The notes beneath the pieces are model-generated. The model searched no databases. It had not been told where the DNA came from and saw nothing but the letters and a program-made list of their open reading frames with translations. 17,651 nt of DNA from Balanoglossus misakiensis (Eukaryota > Animalia > Hemichordata), in contig CM082583.2 of assembly GCA_040954595.2 (NCBI GenBank), positions 2,347,309-2,364,959 of the forward strand, read 5' to 3'. The position numbers and the translations under genes were made by a program. Shown here one piece after another: positions 1 through 11,762 of the stretch; within the stretch, counting starts at the first letter, position 1; each line of letters opens with the position of its first letter.

Positions 1-366
1 GCAAACAATAAAATTGGTCCTCCCAAACATTGAGATGAATTTGCTTTTGAGTTCATAAAAATGCAACTTTGAGCTACATATTTTACACAATTTTCTTATG
101 TGGGAGGGGGACACCTCCTCCCACACCCACCCCTCCATTCTTTGCAACATATCATTTATTCGCTGGTTTGTCAAGTGTACCAGGCCAGACTTATTCCCAC
201 CTCACCCCTATGCTTACTTTGAGTGGAGTGGCAAAAAATAAAATTGGTCCTCCCAAACATTGAGATGAATTTGCTTTTGAGTTCATAAAAATGCAACTTT
301 GAGCTACATATTTTACAAAATTTTCTTATGTGGGAGGGGGACACCCCCTCCCACGCCCACCCCCGC
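1..366. repeat. Tandem/direct repeat, 230-bp period (one full unit plus a partial second), truncated by the window edge
   Basis: 1-~135 is nearly identical to 231-~365 (gcaaa(c/a)aataaaattggtcctcccaaacattgagatg...gggagggggacacc). Confidence 0.9.
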
Positions 367-482
367 CACTCTTCTTGTTTTACCAATTCTAGCAACTATT
401 GTATTGACTTGGCATTTTATTTTGTTCATAGATTTCTTTATTGCAACGATATACTATAATTATATACTTCAATTACTTTAAG

Positions 483-728
483 AAATTTATAATTGAGGTG
501 TGAGGAGCTTCATTCCCTTTATTGCATACAGTGTACATAGAATCAGGATGGCGAATGTTTTCGGCGCGGGGGGGGGGGGGTCATCATATTTTTGGGTCTG
601 TCAAAGGGGGGGGTCATCATTTTTGGGGGCTGGGTGAAGGGGGGGGGGTCGGCCTGATTTTGAAAATCGATGACACAAACTTGCCGCCCCCCCCCCCCCC
701 CCCCCGCCGTAAAAACTGAACGGTCCCT
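483..728. mobile_element. G/C-run-rich non-autonomous element; inverted relative of 16253-16815
   Basis: 483-~610 matches the reverse complement of ~16690-16815. Terminal ccgtaaaaactgaacggtccct matches the reverse complement of 16253-16275. The CCCT-AA end resembles PIF/Harbinger termini. Confidence 0.75.
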
Positions 729-788
729 AAAGACTGTGTACGCTAGACGAAACGCATGAGGCTGATAAGGCATCATACCTGATACATG

Positions 789-932
789 TTACGTCTTTGG
801 CAGTTCTAAAGCAAAAACATAATCGGAAAAACTTTTACTGGATGCTGAAATATTGCTTGCCCGTCACCTGGAAATGACAACGCCGTTGGTCACATGGCCA
901 GATCACGTGATTGATAGTAAAGAATTGCATTG
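789..932 (+). repeat. Dispersed repeat, copy 1 (copy 2 at 4849-4987)
   Basis: Shared cggaaaaacttttactggatgc(t/c)gaaatattg(c/t)ttgccc(g/a)tcacctggaaatg...gtgattgata(g/t)taaagaatt in direct orientation. Confidence 0.85.
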
Positions 933-965
933 AAATCTAAAAATAAGCCATAGATGTCAACTCAC

Positions 966-1089
966 AGCCTCATACTTGCGGATAAGTTCTTGCAGTACTG
1001 TGTTATGTTGAATGCAATTATCCAGTTTGGCAGCTCTACTATGCAGCAGTTTGTACAACTCTATGGCAAACTCAGAACCATATGTCTCT
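966..1089 (-). CDS. Coding exon 11 (ETYGSEFAIELYKLLHSRAAKLDNCIQHNTVLQELIRKYEA); gene continues past window start
   Basis: Acceptor ttgtgcttgatttcag|, donor GCT|GTGAGT, 124 nt, phase 2 to 0. No further exon found in 1-965. Confidence 0.85.
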
Positions 1090-4000
1090 CTGAAATCAAG
1101 CACAACATACATTTATTGCCAGAAGTCACTTCCATATTATTCATTCAGTATTATTATAAGGCCAATGTGTAGTTATATATAAAGGGACCTCAATTAGGCG
1201 CTGATACATACAAGCATTGTTGATCAGTTATCTAATTTTCTAACATCTGGAAATTGTTGCCTGGTTGTAAACACCATATGCATATATGCACTTCAGAAAA
1301 CATAACTGAAGACGGTGATATCATCAGTGGCTGAGACCAATGACAGTGGAGAAATTTCCTGATTTGTACAATGAAGTGAATGGATAAGGTGTGTTGGGGC
1401 AACTCACTTGGGGAAATAAACATAAATTATACTGTTACCCTAATCAGTGGCCAGTTAATACACACAATGACATTAATAGCCCTAACGGCGCCAAGTCAGT
1501 TGAAACTGGTTTGATTTCCAGGGTGCCTAGAATCCTGGCTCCCAAGCCTGTTAGACTGCTAAGTGCGTGTTAATCAGTAGGGCCTATACAAGACCCTCAG
1601 ACCAATACAGTGCAAACGAGTGCAATTTGATACATTTTACAGGGGGCTCAGACTGCCACGTGTGTCTAAGTACGTATGAGAGCCATGTCAAGACAGTCAA
1701 AATACGTTTTAGAAGAAAAAGTGGCAAAAAACGTATTTTAAGGGACTTGACACTCTAAACAGGTATGACAACCAGTTGTGATGGACTGGATTGCACACAT
1801 GACCAGAACCCTCTTCAAGATACAGAAAAAAGAATCGATGGCACTACTATTTCCACAAGATACGATAACAGTTGGTTTCTATGACAACTACAAATCATTT
1901 TCATTGACCAATACTTACTTATCCATGAGAAAGAGCAGTAGAATAAGGTATGCAATCTTGAAAATATCACTCTCAGGATGCATCTTGGCAATGCGTCTTT
2001 GAAATGACTCCCTGTTCATACAGAAAACAAAAATGAATTTTACCATACTTTTCCTGCAGTTTGAATTTACTACGTGTACCTCTGAACAATATGAATATTT
2101 ATTGCAACCAGTAAACTCACAACATACACAGACTGTGATGTGCAATAAAACTTAAAAGTTTTACTATCAAATGTGTTGGGTTTGCACCTAAAATCTTCAA
2201 ATTGATACATGTACTCGGAACTTTTTTTTCTGAAAAGAAGCGATCCATAATTGGTCACAATTTGGTGTAGATAAAAGTCAACAATTTCCTGTCCAGAGAG
2301 AGATTGTGCATTCTATTGTTTGCAGGTATGAAGATAGCAAGTTACTCTATAATCCCTCAAAGTCATAATAAATGTGTGAGTTGTTGACATTACATGAGGC
2401 ACATCTTTTAATAGATGATTTTCTGCTCATTGTAAGATCTTGCAAAGCTTGGTTAGTTACCATAGTAACAGGTTGGTAGCCAAGTATCAAATTCAATCAA
2501 GCTTTGAATGAACTAGAATAGGTGCAGAATTTCACGACAATTATAATTTTTGTGCCATTGAACACAATGGGTCATGCGTTGTTTACCCTGTATCACATGA
2601 GAGTGCAGGCCTCCCATATATACATATTGCCTAGCCATGCGAGATCTTGCAGGGTCGTGTGGTCTGTGAAGAAACCAGGCCTTACCTGATTGGGGCTGTA
2701 GCTTTCCAACCTTCAGGTACATAGGCACTTTCTTTCACCCGGAATCCATCTGTTAATACTTTCTTTTTCTGTGCATGACCTTTGGCACCAGACACCCTGA
2801 CTCCATCTTTTGGATTCTTTCCACCTTTGCCATCAATGGCAGCAGATGCTGTCCTCCTGCCAACATCTATCAGAGGAGAAAAATTTTCATGGGGTAATTT
2901 TGATTTTTAAGGATGTACGTTCAGTAAAATTGAAAGTACATGTATTGTCATTTATTTTAATTGTGGATTTTTGGGTGCTCCTTTGTATTATAATGAAAAG
3001 CCCTCAGGCTGATAAAATATAGGGGTCACCGTGCTTGTTTATGAAATACAGAGCCATGAATTTCGTTAATAATAGAAGAAGCTGCTGACTCAGTATTTTT
3101 ACCAATGGTTTGTCTATGGGCAAAATTATTAACCCAATTCATCTCAAAATAGAGCACGGTGACCCCTATATTTTATCTGACCAATGAATTTATATTTGCT
3201 GGACTAAGCTATGTGTAAAATTTCGTGAAAATGACAATAGTAGAAGATTGTTTTCTAGCAATTATCAATGTAATCCTATGGGGAAAAGACCGGGCACGCA
3301 GTGTTTCTGCTTTATTTTCTGCGCGTACATCCTAAAATTGGTTATTTCAGTTTCACTTGGTGGGATAAAGATATTGTTTTATTCACTGAAGCATGCTGAT
3401 TGACTAGTTGTCACAACTCAAGTTGCACGGTGTACATGGGTATAACATAATGATTGAGCATACTTCCATAATATAATTTTGGGTAATGACCAATTAAATG
3501 CTGGAAATATCTATGTGTATTGTCCATGTACGGGTTGCAAACTCAACCGGCCCCATGATTACAGATCAATGAACATGCTTCAGTGAGTAGAATATTATAT
3601 CATAAATATCGTATCAAAAGAGATTAAAACGTTATCAAACAGTACAACACTCCCGCCTCGTAAAATAGGTTCAACTTATTGGCTGCTGAGTTTCCTATTA
3701 CCATTTCAGTGTCAATCTGATTAAAATCAGATGTAAAGAAATGGTCATGTTTTTTTCTTAAAGTGTTCTATGGTCTTTGACTTCTATTGTCCTTACCTAG
3801 TCCATACAAAAGACAAGGCAATAGGGTGTGAATCCTGCAACAGATGTCTTTAATCAGACAGTATCAATAAATGCTATTAACGTGTGACTATGCAAGATCA
3901 GTTCGAATACAATTGGACTTTTGGAGAAGTTTGCAAAACATTGTACAAGCAGTTTCTGAGACGATGACAAAAATAATATGTTCAGATATAAAATGCCAAA

Positions 4001-7000
4001 GAAAATGCCTGCCATCTTAAACCATGCTCTACTGTCAAATAAATCTTACTGACAAAAGAAATCCATAGAGTTCTGCTTCTGATCAGTCTTTTTTATTTTT
4101 AACCATTCTGACAACTTCACTTGAACCAAATAAAATCTTCATTTGTTCATTTTAAGATAAGCACCAAATACCATGGTTATACATGCAGTGGTTTACACAT
4201 ACATATACATGTACATGCAAGCACACACATGCACACACAAAGAAACAAATTAACACAGAGACAGACAGACAGACACACACACAGATGAAGTCTGAATCCA
4301 TAAGTTCCTACATGTAGTACACATGATCTTCATGCATTGGTCAACATAGGCAAATCATTCCCCCTCCCCCCCCCAAAAAAAAGTTGCTAATGAAATGAGT
4401 CAACCTACCAGATGATTGTGATGGTGGAGGTAGCGGTTTCGGAACTTGCTTGGGATCATTGTAACTCTTGACAGAATCAAAATCAATCCTCTCTTCTCGT
4501 ACCATATACATTGAGAGATAAGCTTCAACATGGGCTTTCTTCCAGAAAAAGCCTTCCCTTGCAGTCACATAGGGAAACTCTCCAAAGCTGGCCAAACTGA
4601 GTTTGGAAGAGCAGAAAGAAAATACAACTTGTATCCTTTGACATTGAATACATGTATATTTTACTGTCCTATTGTGTGTGGCTGCAGTGTTTGACTTTGT
4701 TTTCGTGGCTATTGTCTGCCTGCTGTGTGGGTAGTGGATGTTTCAATTCTTTGATATCAAATGACGTCAGATACGTTCAGGCGCAGTTATGTTGGCATTC
4801 AAATTTCCAGATGACGGGCAATTTCAGCAACGTGGTACAGACAAAGACTTACGTGTCTGGTGGCGCTAAAGTATAAAGATACCCGGAAAAACTTTTACTG
4901 GATGCCGAAATATTGTTTGCCCATCACCTGGAAATGCCTTGGGTCGCATGACCTGATCAAGTGATTGATATTAAAGAATTCCACTGACTCTACGGCTGAA
5001 AATCCGGCTAGTTATACTTTGCGAAACAACGAAACAGCGAAACGACGAAACCATTATTAAAATAGGGGCCAGTCATCAAGACGGTGGCGTATGATTTTTT
5101 TAAAAGTTTCCAAATTAAAACGTAAGCGAGCCAAGAAAACTACAGGTCAGATAAATTGTTTTCTCGGAAATTCAACATTAGAATCAAATTTGACGTTGGA
5201 AACAAACGGCGGGTCGCCAGTTCCTGGTCTGCGGCCTGGTACTATGTAGTGGTAGAGTCGACGTCGTGTGCGCGCAAACGATTCATGCCAAACTGCTACA
5301 TATACACAGTGAATATACGCGCGCGCACAACGAAACCACAAAAGATCGAAACCTCAAAATGCGGCAGCAACTGTCACTATTTCCTTAAATACCACAAGGC
5401 GGGGAGGCATGAATTGCGATTAAGATAATAAAGAAATTTCGACAATGATACTGTGTTGTGTGAGTTACATGTGTTTCTATATATAACTACTACTCTTACC
5501 CCCCATCAGTGTTTGACCCTCCAAAGCTTACGGACACTACTGCTTTGTTTCAACTAATCCTTATGCAGCCCTGTGAATATACTCGTACATTGACCTTTTG
5601 GGGCGGGATTCTTTTTTGGCGCGCAACCACTAGTACCAGGCCGCAGACCAGGAACTTATTTGGAAACTTTTAAAAAATCATACGCCACCGTCTTGATGAC
5701 TGGCCCCTATTTTAATAATGGTTTCGTCGTTTCGCTGTTTCGTTGTTTCGCAAAGTATAACTAGCCGAAAATCCTGTTTTTACGATATGATAAACACTTC
5801 ATGAATATATGAGACATACTAATGTTTGAATCAGTTATGTAATTCATTCAAGTGGAGTTTTAGAAAGTTATTCCACATGTCTAAATTCACCAACTATCAT
5901 TGTGTTAGAAATTTCAAGCATAAACCGATCAAGTTTCACTGCTTCAAGCATTTTTGACTCGACTTGCGCATCAGTGAAAATGATAGTGTCATCAGATGGA
6001 TGTTAAAGCTTTCAAATTTACTATAAGGAGCAGCTCTTGAAACTGGCTACTTAGAACAATGTGAACTTTAAGTACACCTAATTAGTCTGACTCAGGTTAA
6101 GAAATCTGTGTGCCACTGCCGCACTCTCAAGGGAAAAAAAAAACAATTCAATAAACTTACAGATCTTCCTCCGGTTGTCCATCTTTGGTGTCAACAAAAT
6201 GAAATAAGTACTGTTTGTTTCCTCTCTTGTAAATTTCCTTGTATTGATCCAACAAAAACACACACTGTCAAATGAAAAATAGTGCAATGAATTAACAAAT
6301 CTGTATGCAGGTTTTCAATTTCATTGGTCATATTTCAATTTTAGGATGCATAAAGTTAAGCCAGTCATTTATTTGTCTTTTGATCATATTGTGATGTGAT
6401 TGATATAATGAAAGATATAAGACCGATTCAAATCCAATGTTCAATTTCAAAAAAAGTTCTTCAAATGTACATACTGTGCAACATAATTTACTTTCTCAGG
6501 GACAAAAAACACAACACACACCAGACTATTCCAATATTTCCATATCTAATCATTGTGATGTAGTTCTGGAAGTGGCATTTTGAAAATACCTCTTTATTAT
6601 TACATAATTTATGTTTATACATGGACTCTATTTTCTTTTTACATTAACTGTACATATTTCTTGAAAAGCAAACTGATAACTTGGCTAGCTTCAGGAAATA
6701 CAGTGTGCAAACTTTTACCACTCTACAATCTCTTAAACCTAACTGAAAACTCCGCTCTCTGATAATTTCACAAATATGGTTTTGCAGTGTCAACCCATCA
6801 TTCATTTTTGGCAATCCCTAGCAAACCATTCACATAAACACTTGACTCACCTCCATTGTAATTGGTTTGGCTTTCTGTATGGAGTTGACCAGTGCAGCTT
6901 CAAAGTCTGTCCGTCGATTGTCCATCATATCCGGGGTCCACAAGTCATCAATTGTACTGTCTGGAAATTTTTCATAGCTACCGGGCACTTCCATGCCTAT

Positions 7001-10000
7001 AAAGCAATTGTCAGAACAGTCTTTGAATCTTCCAGTACTTTCTAATATTATATTCAGGTAATTCTTTAGATCCCTCGTTCACAGGTGCACTACTTATCAA
7101 GAACAAAATTTCACTGTTTACCGACATTATTGATTACTGGTAGTGATGTTTTCATTTCTGTACAATTCATTCATTCATGTATCTGTTCATTCCTTAGTTC
7201 ATTCATTCATTCGTTCGTTTGTCCATTTCTTCGTTCATTCATTCATTCATTTATTTGTTTGTTCGTTATTTGATTGTTCGGTCATTCATCCATTCGCATT
7301 CATTTACCATTTATTTACTTCTCAACCTATCCATCCATTCATTCATGCATGCATAAAGTAGTTCATTCAATCATTTATTCACTCACTCACTCACTGAACC
7401 ATTCATCACTCCTGTGGTCAAGCAACTCTGACATCAAAAAGAAATTTTACAAGATACAAATAAAAATCGCGTCAAGGACATGGTGGTCCCATGAGTGATT
7501 ACACAAGAAAAAGTCTACACCGGAGTACATGGCCATATACAGACAGACAAACACACACACACATAGCGAGAGATCAATGGGCAAACACTGACTGACCCAT
7601 AAGCTGCCAATGGCATATGTACTGTACATACACTAAATAGAACAGATAGCCTCTTTAAAACTTAGCCAGTTATGTAATCATTCAGGAATTTGCTGTGTTT
7701 ATATAAATCACAGGGGGGAGTTCCTGCCTAATTAAAACAACTGAATAAAGTAAATACACACCACTTTGCAAAGCAATCTGACCAGTAGTTCTTGAGTTAC
7801 TGAGTTTTGCCCAAATTCACATTTTTCCAGCTAATTCGCATATTTTTGGCAATGACAACTTCATATGAACAAACTCCCATCTACAGCCCAGCCTGCATCA
7901 GCACACCAAATATCAAAGTGATATACGCAGCGGTTTTCAAGTTTTTGATGTGGACGGACATACAGACATACATCCATCCATCCATCCATCCATCCATACA
8001 TACATACAGACGCAACCGATCCCATAAGGTCCCATGGTACATACCAATGGGACCCAAAAATTTATAACAATTGGTTATTGTGTCATCAAATGACTGACTT
8101 ACCCAGGAAGACATGAGGCGTTTGTTTGAGCACTGTATTGTTAACATCATTAAGAATATGTTCTATAAATAATTGAGCTCCCTAGACATAAAAAAAAAAG
8201 AGAAAAGCAGCATTGGATGACAATGTGTGTATCACAGATTACTCGGTACCAGGGAAAATGCTCTATCTTATGATAATTGGGTCTGTGAAAATTGACTTGA
8301 GTAGACTGAATACTGACACATGCTGAATTAGTATTTGTTGAAGATATGTATCCCTTTAGTGTAAACCAAATATCATTAATTTAAAGCCAAAGTTCACATA
8401 TGTTTTCCACAATAAAATACTCTCTCCCCTATCCTTTACAATCCTCACCATTAAGCCATGGTACTTGTATATGCATCAGTTTGTCATCTCTTGGCGACAT
8501 ATACAACGATAGTTCTAAATGGAAGCCGATTAATCGGGTGTGGCACCCATAGCCACAATCGGGCATGATCAATAAGATGGTAATCTATATCTATCAGTAA
8601 GCTTATTTAGATGGACCAATCTAAGTTGGTAAGTAAAATCATGAAAATAATGCAAAAAAGTGGCAGCTCTTGGGGCTTTAACAAGCATCTTCATTTCTGG
8701 TATACTAGTATATAGATCATCACGTTATTTTCTAATAATTTAATTGTATAGGATTCCTGTAAAGTTGAGGACAAACTCTGCAAAATAGGTTTCAGTAGAC
8801 ACATGTCAAATTGTAAATAAATGTGTCCAGAAATCTGATCCTTTAAAATCTGCCAGGACTGGCGTACATGTATGTGCTTCCACACAAAACAAAGAAACGT
8901 TTCCACTCACCCTGTTAAGATCTGGGCCAAAAATCAGATATTCAACTCTTATATTGACTGTAGGTGGATCATCATAGAATGTTCCTGTAAACACAGCAGG
9001 TCCCACTAAGGATAACATCACTTGAACCTAAAAACACAAGACATAATGATGCAGTACTTCTAAAGTTTATACTATTGAAGTGATTACTGTCCGTATAGCA
9101 AAAGTTTCCCACTTAAACACCATAGATCCCATGAATATATTTGCCACGCTCATGAAACACAGGACGCAGATGGACCCAGTTTTCCGACTCTGAGTTCCCT
9201 AGTATGCCTTACAGCACGGTGGGGGTCCAGAAATTGGAAATCAAAAGTCAATAATTTTGACCGAAAATAACACAATTTTTTCAACTCATATTCAAGCCTC
9301 AAGAAAAATTGTGAAATATTGGTGCGTAATCAACTGCTGTTGTCTTTTTGAGGCTTCGGTACATTACAGCAAAACACCAAATGTCCCGAGTTTTACAGCA
9401 CAAAATTGATGCAGGCAATAGTTTATTATCCAAGGATAACAGCAGGATTGGCTGTCCCACCTTGGGCCTGTGGGTGACCCTAAAACTGTATCCCTCAACC
9501 ATTGGCCTTTGGTGACTGACATCCCATTTGGCAGTCAGGTGTACATATGTATACTGTTTACACTCATTGCCCGTTAATTATGTGGGTATGCTGTGAGTGA
9601 GTAAATCCAATATTTTGAAACTGGCTAAAACTGGTGATTAGTTTTAATAATCACCTATAATACATATAATATAATACATATACAGTGACACCCGTCATTA
9701 CGGACACCTCTCTTATCAGGACACCTCTCCATTAAGGACAGATTTTTGAAGACAAAAGTCACTGTTTGAATAGAATATTACCTGTGTATAATTAAAGCCA
9801 CCTCTCTATAATATAAAGGATATATTTTCTGGTCCCAGGGATGTCCTTAATAGATAGGTTTCACTGTATTATGAATTGCATGTCTAGGCAAGAAAAGGGT
9901 AATACGAAGCATTTTGTTGCTCGATTGAAAAAGGGTTTGCTCACCCTTGCTACAAAGACATAACAAATACACCATGTACTCACCGAGTAATGATCTTCAT

Positions 10001-11731
10001 TATGTATCGTACTGACATTAGGTGTCATACTGTCAATCAACCATTTAATAAATGATTTATACTTCTCCAAGGACACAGGATCAACAGCTTGTACCATATC
10101 ATGGAGTCCCCATACACTGTTGGATATCTTGGATCCCCACACGTGTGCTATAGCTGTCGCATACACTGGATTCTCCAACAGCTGTTTGATTGTTTTAGAA
10201 TCTTTCATATTCATGTGAAATCTAAAGAATAGAAGAGAAAAATATAGCTGATAAATTATGTGGGGGAAAAATAAAAATTATCTAAATGCACATTTGTTGA
10301 CATCAAAGTGAGCATAGATACATGTACTATACATGTAACATGTACCTGAATGCCAAAACTGTTAGCTAGGCAATACTATCATGTCAAAATGTACTGATTT
10401 ATTGAATTGAGTTCAGCCACTAGAACTAACTACTAAATTATTCGCTTTTCAGAATCTGAAAAACAGGGAAGAGGACTATATCTTTTTCCACTTAAGTCCA
10501 CTCTAGGATATAAAGTTTCAAATTCACCTTTTGACACAAGCTGACTTGATGATAAACATTCTTTAATTATTCAATGGCACGGATGTATAATAATAAACCT
10601 CAACGTGCCAATCAACAGTCATGCAGTCAGTTTATTCAATGTTTCTAATGCAAATTTACCGAATCTGAAGTCATGTGAGAAACAAAATCTCACACATCAC
10701 TTTGGACTTATGTCCAGTTTTCGTTCGTTTTACTGAATTGTTGTGTAAAATGACATCTTAATGATACACACAGCTCCAATGGGGACAATGTCTGTCAGGG
10801 ATCATGGTTTAAGTTTCAGGGATCGGTGGTTCTTGGCTTTGAATCAAAACCAAGAACCACCGTGAGGTCGGTGGTTCGCTGTTACTAATACCACTCTTGG
10901 CCTTGTACCCATTGTTCAAACCATGCATTTATTTTCCATAACCCATCTCGTCAATAGAAACTGTAGTGATAACTTGAGATCGCCACAGTTCCTTTTTAGA
11001 AACTGTGGCTTTAAACATGTCAGTATATCACTTGGCCGCAATTAAATTTGGGTAACTTTTACGTACAAACTTAGTTTTCACTAGATAAAAAACTGCAAAG
11101 GCAAGCGCTGGGAATCAAACCCAGACCCTCCACGTTGAGAGGTACTTTCAATCTCTGATACTCCACAAGGGAATTTCTGCTGGCTAAGTTTCACGGATGC
11201 TATTCGAGCATTCTAAGCCCATTAAAGGTCTCATGTCATGCTTTGGAAAGTTTTCATTTTTCCACATCAAAAGCTCACCTAAGGTACTTGTCTATGCATT
11301 GCCTATTGTGTCGGTTCCGAAAAATGTGCGCGAATGCCGGAATTTGCCCCCTTTTTTCATGCCTGTGATCAGGGAGCCACTTCGCACTCGAGCCAGGCGA
11401 AGGTATTTGCATATGGACAAACAAGTACACTACGTTGTAGTGTACCATTCTGCTAACAGTATGGTGTAATTAGCGGTCCATGCGTAATTAAGTCTACAGA
11501 CAAAGACAAGCTATATAAACAGTGTTCAAAGCAAAGGAAGCCCTTGTTTCACATTACAGGCAGAGGATTTGCGAAGGTGTGAAAGACTATTTGTCCACAT
11601 CAAGATAAGCCTTCGACTGAACTTCGAAAAGCCGAAAAAACTCGACTGAGTTGGGTTAGGGGTACACGCCCACCCGGGTTGTGTACGGGGGGCATGTGAA
11701 AATTAGCGGTAAAAAAAATTGAATTCTCCCG

Positions 11732-11762
<31 letters not shown>

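Noticed and set aside
69-776. Short track ORFs rich in Pro/Gly (also those in 5147-5428, 7085-7498, 11600-11847, 13782-14962, 16344-17061)
   Set aside because: They are translations of homopolymers, microsatellites and MITE sequence with no transposase or other recognisable motifs.
2388-2435. Minus-strand hairpin starting with ATGA as a possible SECIS element
   Set aside because: ATGAG pairs Watson-Crick with CTCAT instead of forming the non-canonical UGA/GA quartet, and the site is intronic, not in the 3'UTR.
2683-2688. AGG-TAA at the exon 9 donor as the true stop codon
   Set aside because: TAA is part of the GTAAGG donor consensus, and two further in-phase exons follow.
2513-2728. Track ORF MPMYLKVGKLQ... 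as a terminal exon
   Set aside because: It is out of frame with exon 9; the gene splices at 2686 and continues in phase to exons 10 and 11.
8449-8584. Open 136-nt minus-strand segment with the same phases (0 to 1) as exon 5, a possible mutually exclusive exon
   Set aside because: The acceptor lacks a pyrimidine tract, the peptide does not resemble exon 5, and exon 8181-8103 has much stronger splice signals.
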